Positions 1-9,416 of a stretch of DNA of 64,000 bases are shown piece by piece. The stretch is taken from positions 124,001 to 188,000 of IMG/VR virus record IMGVR_UViG_3300046660_000716; one strand, written 5' to 3'. A program made the translations under genes and the position numbers. The notes below the pieces were generated by a model. The model was not told where the DNA came from. It ran no database searches and worked only from the letters and a program-made list of their open reading frames with translations. The first letter of the stretch is position 1. Every line of letters begins with the position of its first letter.

Positions 1-892
1 CGGCGTGGCCGTCGAACTGCACGGTGCCGGACGCGTCGCCCGAGACGGACAGCGCCACGGCGTTGGCCAGCTTGGTAGCGGTGGACGCATTGCCAGCCAG
101 GGCCGCGGTCACGGTGCCGGCGGCGAAGTTGCCGCTCGCGTCGCGGTAGACCAGGGTGCTAGGCGTGTTCAGGTTGTCCGAGGCGATGACGATCTGCGGG
201 CTCGCCGCCTGTCCGTCGCCGTTGGCCACGCTCACGCCCAGACCGGTCGCGCCGATGGTGCGCAGTGCGGCGGCGCCGTCGGCCGTGCGGGCCAGCATGC
301 CGGTGCCGGTCAGGGCGGCGATCGCCGTCAGGTCCGAGTCCAGCGCCTGCGCGTCGGTGATGCCGTAGCCAGCGCGGGTGGTCGGCTTGCCGGTCAGGTT
401 GGTGAACGTGTGGGTGTGGCTGTCGTTCAGCACGGTGACGGTGATCGTTGCGTCGTCGGAGCCGTCGAAGAAGACGGAGCCGGTGGCGTCGCCGCCGAGC
501 TGGATGATGCGCGCGGTCAGCAGCTTCGTCGCGGTCGCGGCGTTGCCGACGCCCTGGCCCGAGGCCAGCAGGTCGCGCAGCGACTTCTGGTTGACGATCT
601 GGCCGTCGGGGGACTGGCCGTCCAGGTTCGGCGCCAGCGGCACGCCTGTCAGGTGCGGCGAGTCCAGCGACGCCAGGAGTGCGAGGGCGTTCTGCAGGCC
701 GACGATCTCCGAGATGCCGTGCGTGTGGTCGGAGTTGGCGGTCAGGATGCCGCCGGGGGTGATGCCGTCCTGGACGCGGATCTGCTTCAGATCCATGTCA
801 ATCACGACTTCACCGAACTGGCCGATGTACGCCGCTGCCAGCTCCGTGGTGCCGCGCTTCAGGCGGATATTGCGGATTTCAGTAGTGCTCAT
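1..892 (-). CDS. Tail fibre protein, N-terminal part (runs off the window start)
   Basis: Hand translation from ATG at 892 (not in the ORF track) gives MSTTEIRNIRLKRGTTELAAAYIGQFGEVVIDMDLKQIRVQDGITPGG, an Mtd_N-like fibre N-terminus. Typical fibre motifs follow: GNATATATKLLTARIIQLGGDATGSVFFDGS, HTHT, GKPTTRAGYGITDA. Confidence 0.8.
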   Translation of the reverse strand, partial: MSTTEIRNIRLKRGTTELAAAYIGQFGEVVIDMDLKQIRVQDGITPGGILTANSDHTHGISEIVGLQNALALLASLDSPHLTGVPLAPNLDGQSPDGQIVNQKSLRDLLASGQGVGNAATATKLLTARIIQLGGDATGSVFFDGSDDATITVTVLNDSHTHTFTNLTGKPTTRAGYGITDAQALDSDLTAIAALTGTGMLARTADGAAALRTIGATGLGVSVANGDGQAASPQIVIASDNLNTPSTLVYRDASGNFAAGTVTAALAGNASTATKLANAVALSVSGDASGTVQFDGHA

Positions 893-913
893 GGGGTGCT
901 TTCCTAGCAGTGG

Positions 914-1510
914 TTATTGGAGCTCGCCGCAGTCGATGTCGGTGCCGACCAGGGAGAAGAGCGAGTCGGACTCGGACTTGGTGTACGACGCGCCGGCCAC
1001 CTGCACCGCCACGCCGTTGATGAACAGGCCGGAGCTGTTGGCGGTCACGACGCCGGCTACGTCCAGCGTGAGGGCGTTGACGTTGCCCGCCTCGACCGTC
1101 GCCAGGAAGCGCTGCGCGTCGGCGAAGATCACCGCGCTGCCGGTGAACGCCTCCGGCATGGTGATCTTGAACGAGTCGTCGTCGACCAGCACCCGGTCCT
1201 GCCCCTGGATGATCGATCCGTCGTCGTGGTACGCCACGAAGATCACGTCGGTCGTGCCGAGGCCGTGGTTGACGGTCCACTCCGCGGACGCGATCGCCTG
1301 GTGGTGGGCCGCGCTGTTCTTCGGGTTGGTCAGCGGGAACCAGGCCGGGATTCCGGCGACCGTGGTGTAGGCCCAGATGGCGCCCTGCACCAAGCTGATC
1401 GAGTTGGGCTTCGGTTCCGGCGGAAAGTCTTCGTGGTTCGTCCCGATGATGAGCGCACCGCCGAAGTGCGCGTCGGCGCGAAAGCGCACCGTGGAATTTG
1501 TGTTGGACAT
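914..1510 (-). CDS. Virion/fibre-associated protein
   Basis: 198 aa, in the fibre operon; carries the WTVNHGLG...D...FKITMPEAFTGSA beta module; upstream AACA-N6-TG. Confidence 0.6.
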   Translation of the reverse strand: MSNTNSTVRFRADAHFGGALIIGTNHEDFPPEPKPNSISLVQGAIWAYTTVAGIPAWFPLTNPKNSAAHHQAIASAEWTVNHGLGTTDVIFVAYHDDGSIIQGQDRVLVDDDSFKITMPEAFTGSAVIFADAQRFLATVEAGNVNALTLDVAGVVTANSSGLFINGVAVQVAGASYTKSESDSLFSLVGTDIDCGELQ

Positions 1511-1562
1511 TGAGTGCTCCGCTTAGAAGAGGTGTAGGGCGCCATAGCGGCGATCCTGTTTT

Positions 1563-1772
1563 TCAATCATCTGTTGTCCCGGATGGTGGATCTGCCTTCG
1601 GGCGGGGCGCGCCGGAGAACACGGCCTTCCCCTCCAGGACCTTCAGGGTGACCGCCAGGATTGCGTATTGCTGCGAGAAGCTCTCGGCGTCGGCCCCGGT
1701 CCGCTGGAGGCGCGCGATGTTGTCGTCGCACTTGGACAGCCAGTCCACGATCCTTGCGTTGATTGCTTTCAT
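1563..1772 (-). CDS. Hypothetical protein
   Basis: MKAINARIVD..., start overlaps the upstream stop (ATGA). Confidence 0.5.
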   Translation of the reverse strand: MKAINARIVDWLSKCDDNIARLQRTGADAESFSQQYAILAVTLKVLEGKAVFSGAPRPKADPPSGTTDD

Positions 1773-1984
1773 GGCGCGCTCCCTGCGTGGATGAGGGACC
1801 CGACGCGGCTGTAACACTGCTTGAGGAAGTCCATGTTCGCCCGGAAGACGTCGACTGTCTCCTCGTCGGAAAAGTCAGCTTTAGTGGACGCGTTTTTCAG
1901 AGCGGCGATGCAGGACCGGATGTGGGCGAGCCCGTCCTCGACCGTGGCGATCGAGGCGATGTCGAAATTCGGGAGAGGCGTCAT
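1769..1984 (-). CDS. Hypothetical protein
   Basis: MTPLPNFDIA... with a GAGG RBS. Confidence 0.55.
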   Translation of the reverse strand: MTPLPNFDIASIATVEDGLAHIRSCIAALKNASTKADFSDEETVDVFRANMDFLKQCYSRVGSLIHAGSAP

Positions 1985-2011
1985 GGCGTTGTCCTCGGTG
2001 GAGGCATATGA

Positions 2012-2042
2012 GAGGGAGGGTGGACCGAAGCCCACCCTCCCT
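2012..2042. terminator. GC-rich hairpin, probable terminator of the long fibre gene
   Basis: gggagggtgg-loop-ccaccctccc inverted repeat just after the stop at 2063. Confidence 0.5.
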
Positions 2043-2062
2043 ATCTACGACTCAGGCGCGGC

Positions 2063-3745
2063 TTACAGGCCCGGCAGCTTGCTTGCGAAGCCCTTGACCA
2101 GTGCGGCTTCGGTCAGGGTCACGGTCAGCGTGTCGATGTCGGTCTCTTCGACCGACACGATGTCGTTGTAGTACTTGCCGTTGTCGCCCTGGACCATGAA
2201 GCTGAAGTTCAGCGGGGTCGAGTGCAGGCCGTGGGCGAACACGTGCACCAGCTGGGCCGAACCGGCCTGGAAGGTGGCCGAGCTCGCGTTGATGGCGTCC
2301 GTCACGACCGCGATGGCGGCGTTGCGGGCGGTCACCTCGGCGGCGTCGGCGGCCGCGCGGGCGGCTGCTTCGGCGGTCACGGATGCGGCGATCACACCTT
2401 CAGCTGCCAGCGCGCGGGTGTTCTCGGCGGTGACGCTTGCGGCGACCACGCCCTCGGCTGCGGTGGCGCGGGTCACTTCGGCCGCGATCGCGTTCGAGTT
2501 CACCAGCTCTGCGGCCTGGGCGCGGGTGGCCTCGGCATCCACGCTCGCCTGCACGGCGGCCTCGGCCGCAGTTGCGCGGTCGATTTCGTCCTGCAGGGCG
2601 GTGCCAACGGTGCCGCCGGCGGCGTCGATGTTGGCCTGCAGCGCGGCTTCCGCTGCCTGGGCGCGGGTGGCCTCGGCTGCGATCGCGTTGGCGTTCAGCT
2701 GCTCGGCAGCGGTCGCGCGGGTGACTTCGTTGGACACGCTGGTGCCCAGCGCGATCTCGGCGGCTTGCGCACGCGAGGTCTCGGCGGTGATGGCACCAGC
2801 GTTGACGCCTTCAGCAGCGGTCGCACGGGCGATCTCTGCCGTCAGGTTCCCGGCGACGGTCGAGACTGCACCCTGGCGGGCGGTCACTTCCGCGTCGACG
2901 GCCTGCTGCACAGCCGACTCAGCGGCGGTAGCGCGGGTGGTCTCGGCAGCGATCGCGGTCGACAGCACGCCTTCCGCGGTGGTCGCGCGGGTGGCTTCGG
3001 CAGCCACGGCGGCGCCGCGTGCGGTCACTTCCGATGCCAGGCCGGCGTTGATCTCGTTGACGGCCGAGACCAGGTCGGTCTTGACGGTGGTGGTCAGATC
3101 GTCAACGTTACCGATCTTGCCACCGGCCTGCTGCTCGACGTCGCTCAGGCGCTGGTCCAGAGCTGCTTCGGCACCGGTCGCGCGGGTGATCTCCGAGGCC
3201 AGGCCGTCCGAGACGGTGGTGATCGAGGCGTTCAGCGCGTCGGTGGCCGCGGTCAGCGCGTTGGCAGCGCCGGTCACGGCGGCGGCGACGGCTGCCTCGT
3301 TCGCGTGCAGGCCCGTTTCCAGGGCGCCCAGGGTGTTGAACGCGGTGTCAACGTCGCCGCGCAGCTCTTCCTTGGCGGCGGTGATGTTGGTGCCGATCAG
3401 TGCGGTGATCGTGTTGTACAGGTTCGGGTCGTTGTTCAGCGCGGCAGAGATCTCCTGCAGCGTGTCCAGCAGCTCGGGCGTCGTGCCCTTCAGCGCGGTG
3501 ATGGCCGCGTCGGTGTAGGCGTTGGCCGAGGCCAGGGCCGCGGTCAGCTCCGCGCTGGACGAGAAGGTCGCCTTGACGACGGCGCCGGTGTTGTCCAGGG
3601 TCGTGAAGTTGAACTGCTTGGTGGTGGTGTTCAGCCACAGGCGGCCCGCGGTCAGCGGGGCCGGGTCAGCGGTGAGGCGTTCGACGTTCAGGTTCTCGAT
3701 GACGCTGCCGGCGGCCATCTTGATGCCATGTGCTTTGATAGACAT
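2063..3745 (-). CDS. Long coiled-coil fibre/whisker-like virion protein
   Basis: 560 aa with many 18-residue AExTRAxAAE repeats, an LDTLQEISAALNND fibre motif and a C-terminal HGL..beta module. Confidence 0.7.
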   Translation of the reverse strand: MSIKAHGIKMAAGSVIENLNVERLTADPAPLTAGRLWLNTTTKQFNFTTLDNTGAVVKATFSSSAELTAALASANAYTDAAITALKGTTPELLDTLQEISAALNNDPNLYNTITALIGTNITAAKEELRGDVDTAFNTLGALETGLHANEAAVAAAVTGAANALTAATDALNASITTVSDGLASEITRATGAEAALDQRLSDVEQQAGGKIGNVDDLTTTVKTDLVSAVNEINAGLASEVTARGAAVAAEATRATTAEGVLSTAIAAETTRATAAESAVQQAVDAEVTARQGAVSTVAGNLTAEIARATAAEGVNAGAITAETSRAQAAEIALGTSVSNEVTRATAAEQLNANAIAAEATRAQAAEAALQANIDAAGGTVGTALQDEIDRATAAEAAVQASVDAEATRAQAAELVNSNAIAAEVTRATAAEGVVAASVTAENTRALAAEGVIAASVTAEAAARAAADAAEVTARNAAIAVVTDAINASSATFQAGSAQLVHVFAHGLHSTPLNFSFMVQGDNGKYYNDIVSVEETDIDTLTVTLTEAALVKGFASKLPGL

Positions 3746-3820
3746 GAGTGTTTCCTTCGAAGGGTTGTGATGCTGGGGTCAACAGCTGCATCTATGCGGC
3801 TGTTAAAGAGGAGGTCGTTC

Positions 3821-4312
3821 TCAGACCGTGTCGAACGTCAGCGAGCATACTCCAGCAACGGGCTCGGTGAAGTCTATTTGGATGCGGTTGGCGTCCAGGG
3901 GGCGCCAGCCCGCGAGGTTCTGCTGCCCATCGCTGTCGATGATCATGATGGCGATGGGCACGCGCCCGCGGTTGTGCGAGATGACGGGGTTCTGGTTCAG
4001 CTGGAACGGGAACTGCTTCGTCACCGTCGCGTCGGTCGGGGCGAAGTAGAGCGTCCAGTTCGAGAGCTGCGTGGCCGGGAGCGCGGACAGCTTGTACCCG
4101 GCCGAGATGTCCGCGCGGCGGCAGAAATCGCCCACCCGCGCGGCCAGCGCCAGCATGTGGTTGACGTCGCTCGCTTCGAAGAAGCGCGGCATCGCGTCCA
4201 CCTGGGTCTTGTCGGCCTTCAGGCCGATGAGGCTGCGGAGCTCCAGGACGCGGGCTCCGACGAAGTTCCCGATGCGGGTCAGCGTCAGGGTGTTGGTGAT
4301 AGGGTCACTCAT
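3821..4312 (-). CDS. Virion/fibre-associated protein
   Basis: 163 aa; VISHNRGRVP...DANRIQIDFTEPVAG module shared with neighbours. Confidence 0.6.
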   Translation of the reverse strand: MSDPITNTLTLTRIGNFVGARVLELRSLIGLKADKTQVDAMPRFFEASDVNHMLALAARVGDFCRRADISAGYKLSALPATQLSNWTLYFAPTDATVTKQFPFQLNQNPVISHNRGRVPIAIMIIDSDGQQNLAGWRPLDANRIQIDFTEPVAGVCSLTFDTV

Positions 4313-4893
4313 GCTTCAGTCTCCCCTGCCACGCCGGCCTGGTAGCCGCCGTAGAAGTCGTCAAAAGATTCGAGGGGGAGGAAGGGTGGCGCGGGCAGGA
4401 TCTGTTCAGCCAGCTCGTCGGGCACCCCGTCTCCGTTTGCGTCGATGCCGGCGCCAGTGCTCGAGGGGCGACCCTCTGCGGAGATCTGGATCGTCAGGTG
4501 GCCTGTGGTCGGCTCGACTCCGCTGGTGTACTTCATCAGGACCGTGGACGGCCCGTCGAGGTTCGCCTGGATTGCGGGCTTGGTCAGCGGGAACTGCTTC
4601 GTGTTGCCCGCCCGCGCCGTTACGATCCCGATCAGCTCGGCGTCGGAGGCGTCGAACAGCACGTACGCCGCATCCGCCTCGAAGGCGTGCGACGTGCGGA
4701 CGAGGATCGACGAGATGGTGAATCCGGCGTCCACCGCGAAGAGCATGGTGCCCTCGGACGGGAGCGGCAGCGGGACGTCGATCTCGTAGACGAGCTGGCG
4801 CTTGAATGGCACTCCAGCCACCTTGATCGTGTCGTCCCGCTTCAGGCGGTACGGCAGGTCCGGCGACGGGGCGACTCCTTGTGGGATGGTCAT
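4309..4893 (-). CDS. Putative structural protein
   Basis: MTIPQG... start; beta-rich; upstream AACA-N6-TA. Confidence 0.55.
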   Translation of the reverse strand: MTIPQGVAPSPDLPYRLKRDDTIKVAGVPFKRQLVYEIDVPLPLPSEGTMLFAVDAGFTISSILVRTSHAFEADAAYVLFDASDAELIGIVTARAGNTKQFPLTKPAIQANLDGPSTVLMKYTSGVEPTTGHLTIQISAEGRPSSTGAGIDANGDGVPDELAEQILPAPPFLPLESFDDFYGGYQAGVAGETEA

Positions 4894-4954
4894 AAAGTTA
4901 TCTTTCTGACGGAGGTCATGTATATGACCTTGTTGCACCCCGGCGCGCGGTGAG

Positions 4955-4982
4955 GCCCCCATCCCCCGAAAGGGATGGGGGC
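4955..4982. terminator. Hairpin terminator after the tail tube gene
   Basis: gcccccatccc-ccgaaa-gggatgggggc. Confidence 0.6.
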
Positions 4983-5001
4983 TCAGCGCCGTGGGAGGGG
5001 A

Positions 5002-5736
5002 TTAGCCCTCGTACTTGAAATCGCCCATGTTCATGAAGCCGTACTGCAGCTTCTTGAGCTGTTCGATCGCCAGATCATCGACTGCGGGAGCGATGTGCGG
5101 GACGCCGATGAACGGCATCTCGATCTCGGTGCCCTCGTTCGTGCCGGCCGTGAAGTTCAGGTGGCTCAGGGCCACCTTGGTCGGCATGACCATGGTGTAC
5201 AGGCACGCGAACTCGACGATCTTGCCGTTGTCGGTGTTGTCCGCGTCGGGACGGGTCATGATGTAAATCAGCTCGCCCGTGTGGTTCTTGGCCGAGTACT
5301 CGACGCCGTACTTCTTGGGGTACGTCGCGACGTTGGTCACAGGGTCGCGCACGCCAGTCACCCAGTGGCTGTACGAGTTACGGATCGGCGAGCCGCTGTA
5401 CTCGCGGTGCGTCATCGAGAAGCCCTGGAACATCTGGCTGCCGCCGGCGAACATGACCTCGGACTGACTGAAGCCCTCGTTGATCGCGAAGGTGTTCATC
5501 TCGATGTCGTTGATGCCGGACAGCGCGCGGAAGTTCTTCTCGGTCAGGGCCGCGAAGTCGGGGTACTCCTTCGTGACCCAGTCGGGAACGTGCAGCCACT
5601 TGATGAACGCGTAGCCGCTTACCAGCGGATCGCGAACGATCGTGTCGGACTGGAACTGGCCCTGGAAGAAGCCCGGGGTCGACGCCGACGAGTAGTTGAA
5701 CGGGTTGATGTTGCTGCTTGGTTTGACGAGAGACAT
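5002..5736 (-). CDS. Tail tube protein
   Basis: 244 aa, downstream of the sheath gene; DPLVSGYAFI, EYSGSPIR...HWVTGVRDP, Y..PD and EIEMPF motifs typical of jumbo-phage tubes. Confidence 0.75.
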   Translation of the reverse strand: MSLVKPSSNINPFNYSSASTPGFFQGQFQSDTIVRDPLVSGYAFIKWLHVPDWVTKEYPDFAALTEKNFRALSGINDIEMNTFAINEGFSQSEVMFAGGSQMFQGFSMTHREYSGSPIRNSYSHWVTGVRDPVTNVATYPKKYGVEYSAKNHTGELIYIMTRPDADNTDNGKIVEFACLYTMVMPTKVALSHLNFTAGTNEGTEIEMPFIGVPHIAPAVDDLAIEQLKKLQYGFMNMGDFKYEG

Positions 5737-5755
5737 GGATTATCCTCTTTCGGTG

Positions 5756-6007
5756 TTAGGTACGCTGCAGGGTCAGCTCGGCGGTCTCGCCGAGGACGAC
5801 GGCAGTCACCTGGATCCGGCCGGCAACGACGTCGTCGCGGCTGGCTCGCACCTTCACGAAGTAGTCGTTGCCGACTTCCTCGCGGAGGATGGTGCCCAGC
5901 TGGCGGCGGATCTGCATGCGCGATGCGCCGCGATTCGCGTCCAGGAGGGCCTCGTTGGTGTCCAGCTGGGTCTGCAGCTCGTCGACGATTTCTGGTACGG
6001 TTTTCAT
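5756..6007 (-). CDS. Small protein resembling a sheath C-terminal/gp25-like domain
   Basis: 83 aa between sheath and tube; own AACA-N6-TG promoter. Confidence 0.55.
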   Translation of the reverse strand: MKTVPEIVDELQTQLDTNEALLDANRGASRMQIRRQLGTILREEVGNDYFVKVRASRDDVVAGRIQVTAVVLGETAELTLQRT

Positions 6008-6067
6008 GTGGCTTTCTCCGTTGGGGTCGGACCGCGACTGGCGCGGCCCTTCCTCTCAGATTACTGT

Positions 6068-7924
6068 TTACTTGTCGACGACGATGTCGATCATCACACG
6101 CTCGATCAGGCCGTTGAATACGACTTCGGCTTTGATACGGACGATGCGCTGCTGACGGTCGTAGGCGCTGGCGTACACGGTGCCGCTCGCCGAGTCCAGG
6201 GCGCGGTTGCTCACCCAGGTCTGCAGGTAGCTGTTGACCGAGTACTGCAGCGAGTCCCAGGTCTGGCCGTCGTTGAACTCGAACTCGTAGGTCTCACCGA
6301 TGTTCTCGAGCTCGCGGCGGATGCGCAGCAGGGTGCGGACGTGGCTGATGTCGCTCAGCGCCGAGTTGACGAACTGGCTCGTCGACTGGCTGTTGAACTT
6401 GGTCTGGCGCACGTCGCGCTCGACGTAGTTCAGCTTGGCCTTGTACAGCTCTTCGCGGTACACGTCGTTCGGAGCCCAGGACATCGACTTGAAGCCGGCC
6501 ACGGCGCCGCGGCGCGGGCCGACGAACGGCCAGTGGATGCCGAAGGCCGCGTCGTTCGACGGGATCTTCTCGGCCAGGAAGTAGGTCGGCGTGACCTGGA
6601 TGTCGTTGCCCTGGAACTCGTCTTCCACAACGAAGTCCTGCACGAAGATCGCGCTGTAGAACGAGTTGATGGACAGCTGGTTCTGGCGGATCTTGATGGC
6701 CTGGCCCGGCGAGCCGGTGAAGCCGACGTCCAGGATCGACATGAAGTCGCCGCGCGCGGAAGCGAAGTTCGACATCGCCACCTTGACCGACATCGGGTAG
6801 TTGGCGTCCAGCATCATGTCGAACGGGTACGCCTTCTTGTCCCACGCGTCCGAGAACAGCGTGTCGTAGATGTTGGCGCCGCTCGACGGATCGATGAAGT
6901 CGCCCGAGCCCGAGTACGCCTTGTACAGCAGCGCCTCCAGGCTGTTCGGGCCTACCCAGTCACCGTCCGAGCCGCCGCCCATCGGGCGGAAGACCTCGGG
7001 GGTCGGGGTCAGGTCGGCCGAGCCGCTGGCGACGGTCACGCCCGCGTGGATGGTTTCCGGCACGGACACGCTGCGCTCTTGCAGGGTGAACATGTCGATT
7101 TTCTTCGCCACGGTCGCATCGTCGTTGATGTACTCGGTGATCGCGTCGTAGCCGTCCTCGCTGAACAGGCCGCGGCCGTAGTTCGAAAAGTTCTTCAGCA
7201 CGTCGACGAAGAACTGGCTGGCGCCCGAGTTGTTGGTGGCTTCAGGGTAGAACGACACCAGGAAGGTCTCGCGCTGGTCCGACGCCGAGGCGTAGAACGC
7301 CATGTCGTAGACGCGGTGCGCGTAGGTCTCGTCCAGGCGATCGTTCAGATCGATGGACAGGCCGAATGCGTTGTACTTCACGCCGCGGTCCTTGCCGCGG
7401 ATCACGGCCAGGGGGTGGTACATGAAGCCGTCGGCTTCGGGGTCGTCCGGCTGCGCCAGGACCAGGCCCTGCAGCGACGCGTCGGTGCGGATGGCCTTCT
7501 CGGTGGCCGCCGGCAGCGCGCCGCGGCCATCGCCCAGGGTGCGGGTGCGGACCTTGACTTGCTTGCCGTTGGCGGTGTCGACCTTGCAGCCGACTTCGAG
7601 GATGTACGCAGCGTAGGTCGACTGCTGCAGCGGTGCATCGTTCGCATCCTTCTCGATGTACGGCAGCACGCGCAGGCACAGCGCGGCACCGCCGGCGCGG
7701 AGCCAGCGCACCACGTTGTACGCGGTCTGGCCGTACTTGCGCATGTTGGGTGCACCGTAGTAGAAGAGGAACTCGCTGTCGGTGGTGACCAGTTGGATGC
7801 GATTGTCCGGACCAGATTCAGCCGGGAAAGCAGCGTAAAGCAGAGTCAGACCGACTGCCGTCACGAAGACCTGACTGTTGTCAATGATCCGCGAGGTTAC
7901 AGAAGGGTGGAGGTATTCAGCCAT
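6068..7924 (-). CDS. Tail sheath protein
   Basis: Starts MAEYLHPSVTSRIIDNS; GGAALCLRV, GGSDG, LDANYP, WPFVGPRRG, ALSDISHVR, YEFEFND sheath motifs. Start revised from the ORF track's 8152. Confidence 0.9.
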   Translation of the reverse strand: MAEYLHPSVTSRIIDNSQVFVTAVGLTLLYAAFPAESGPDNRIQLVTTDSEFLFYYGAPNMRKYGQTAYNVVRWLRAGGAALCLRVLPYIEKDANDAPLQQSTYAAYILEVGCKVDTANGKQVKVRTRTLGDGRGALPAATEKAIRTDASLQGLVLAQPDDPEADGFMYHPLAVIRGKDRGVKYNAFGLSIDLNDRLDETYAHRVYDMAFYASASDQRETFLVSFYPEATNNSGASQFFVDVLKNFSNYGRGLFSEDGYDAITEYINDDATVAKKIDMFTLQERSVSVPETIHAGVTVASGSADLTPTPEVFRPMGGGSDGDWVGPNSLEALLYKAYSGSGDFIDPSSGANIYDTLFSDAWDKKAYPFDMMLDANYPMSVKVAMSNFASARGDFMSILDVGFTGSPGQAIKIRQNQLSINSFYSAIFVQDFVVEDEFQGNDIQVTPTYFLAEKIPSNDAAFGIHWPFVGPRRGAVAGFKSMSWAPNDVYREELYKAKLNYVERDVRQTKFNSQSTSQFVNSALSDISHVRTLLRIRRELENIGETYEFEFNDGQTWDSLQYSVNSYLQTWVSNRALDSASGTVYASAYDRQQRIVRIKAEVVFNGLIERVMIDIVVDK

Positions 7925-8103
7925 TAGGCTCTCCTTGGAAAAGGGGATAGTCAGACGATCTCGGCTCTGTGCCGGATTCAATGACCTGTTGGACCGCCCC
8001 CTCTGGACGGGAGCCAGGTTTTCATGGGATCCTGACCGCGGCGGCCCCCATCCGCGGCCCCATATCATGCCTCCGAGACCACAACCACCACCGGAGGAAC
8101 ACC

Positions 8104-8346
8104 ATGAAATCCAGCACCTACCTGAAGTTTTCCGCCTGGCTCGCCCTGGCATGGGCGCTCGCGGCCGTCGCCGTGTTCATCTGCATGAAGACCACCCTGC
8201 CGGACGGCCAGGCGCTCGGGCTCACGATCATCGCCGGCCTGTGCTCGGCCATGGCCGTGGTGCACGGTTTTTACGGGATTTTCAAGGACACGCAGCCGGT
8301 GAGCAGGGCTAGCGGCGCATGGCGAGCGCGCCCGTCGGTGCAGTAA
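8104..8346 (+). CDS. Small two-TM membrane protein (early)
   Basis: GGAGG RBS, MKSSTYLKF..., two hydrophobic segments, CATATCAT upstream. Confidence 0.65.
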   Translation: MKSSTYLKFSAWLALAWALAAVAVFICMKTTLPDGQALGLTIIAGLCSAMAVVHGFYGIFKDTQPVSRASGAWRARPSVQ

Positions 8347-8347
8347 A

Positions 8348-8396
8348 GGAGGGGGATAGGCCATCGGCCTATCCCCTCTTCGGTTCCTTTTTTCTT
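8348..8396. terminator. Bidirectional terminator
   Basis: ggggatagg/cctatcccc hairpin with a T tract, between convergent genes. Confidence 0.65.
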
Positions 8397-8689
8397 CACT
8401 CGACGCCTATGTCCGGGTAGAGATCCTGCTCGCCCTCGACCACGCCGTCGGCGGCCAGCACCTGCGCCGCTTCGATGAGCGCGATACCCATGGCCCACTC
8501 GAACGGCGTGTGGCATGCCATCCAATCCTGCAGCGTCAGCTCGTGCCTGTCGTCGAAGTTCGGATCGAGCCATTTGTCGACGAGCTCCTCGGATGGATCC
8601 TCGCCCGGCTTGCACAGGGCCGTGAGCGCCTCCAGGAACCGCACGCGGAATGTCTTACGGACGGGCTCGACCCTCTTGGCGCGGCTCAC
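8396..8689 (-). CDS. Hypothetical protein
   Basis: 97 aa, coupled to the upstream gene. Confidence 0.6.
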   Translation of the reverse strand: MSRAKRVEPVRKTFRVRFLEALTALCKPGEDPSEELVDKWLDPNFDDRHELTLQDWMACHTPFEWAMGIALIEAAQVLAADGVVEGEQDLYPDIGVE

Positions 8690-9414
8690 ATCTTCACCAG
8701 CTCTTCCATCGGGCTGATGCTCTGGCGCTCGCCCGTCATGGTCTTGCGCACCGCGGTCTGCACGGCCAGCTGGATGTCCTCGAAGCCGATGCCGGTGAAG
8801 ACACTGTTCAGGCGCGGCAGATCCTTGAGTTTGACGATGATCATGTCGTCCTCCGTAGCCTTGCCCTGGTGCAGGGGGATGCGCAGCGGGATGCTCGTGT
8901 CCTTGCTCCAGCGGGCCATGTCGGAGATGACCGCCTCCATGACGGAGCGCGTGACGCCCGTCCCGGCGCCGTTCAGCTTGGCGCCGTCGATGAACAGGCT
9001 GGACATGTCGACGTAGGACACGCCCGTGATGCGCGCACCAGCCAGGATGCGGAACAGCCCGGACACATTGTCGGAGCTCTGCACCACGTTCACGTCCTCG
9101 ACCAGCACATCGCCGGCCTTGGAGGAGAACACGCGGAGCTTGTCGCCCTCGGAGTCCTCCTCTATCGACGTCTCGTTGTAGCGGACGCGTATGCGAGCCG
9201 GCAGGCGCAGGCCGAAGGTGCGCGGCTCCGAGCCCTCCTTCTCGTAGGCTCGGATGTCGACGAAGCAGAGCACGTCGACCACGCCGCCGAGGTCCTCGGC
9301 GAGCGGCGGCTCGGAGAAGTAGCTGTCCGAGATGAGGACGTCCACCCGGTCCCAGACGACGACGATGCTGTCGCCCTCCTCGGACGCGAAGGGCATGTTG
9401 GCGAGGGCGGCCAT
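8686..9414 (-). CDS. RNA polymerase beta' extreme C-terminal subunit (probably virion RNAP)
   Basis: RSVMEAVISDMAR...KLKDLPRLNSVFTGIGFED...SPMEEL parallels the C-terminus of 52568-54436 (VHAEMILRAQVR...KLTPAILSSPSVTNSLAFER...DSLF) and the RpoC C-terminal pattern. Confidence 0.6.
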   Translation of the reverse strand: MAALANMPFASEEGDSIVVVWDRVDVLISDSYFSEPPLAEDLGGVVDVLCFVDIRAYEKEGSEPRTFGLRLPARIRVRYNETSIEEDSEGDKLRVFSSKAGDVLVEDVNVVQSSDNVSGLFRILAGARITGVSYVDMSSLFIDGAKLNGAGTGVTRSVMEAVISDMARWSKDTSIPLRIPLHQGKATEDDMIIVKLKDLPRLNSVFTGIGFEDIQLAVQTAVRKTMTGERQSISPMEELVKM

Positions 9415-9416
9415 GA

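Noticed and set aside
1-892. Mtd_N-like fibre suggesting a diversity-generating retroelement
   Set aside because: No reverse transcriptase or TR/VR repeat pair was seen in the window, and the domain is common in ordinary fibres.
2300-3200. Repetitive DNA that could be a CRISPR array or tandem repeat
   Set aside because: The repeats are degenerate, in-frame protein repeats of the coiled-coil fibre.
7925-8152. N-terminal extensions in the ORF track (sheath, 9417, terminase, protease, DNA polymerase, SbcC)
   Set aside because: Downstream starts have better RBSs, and the promoter motifs often fall inside the extensions.
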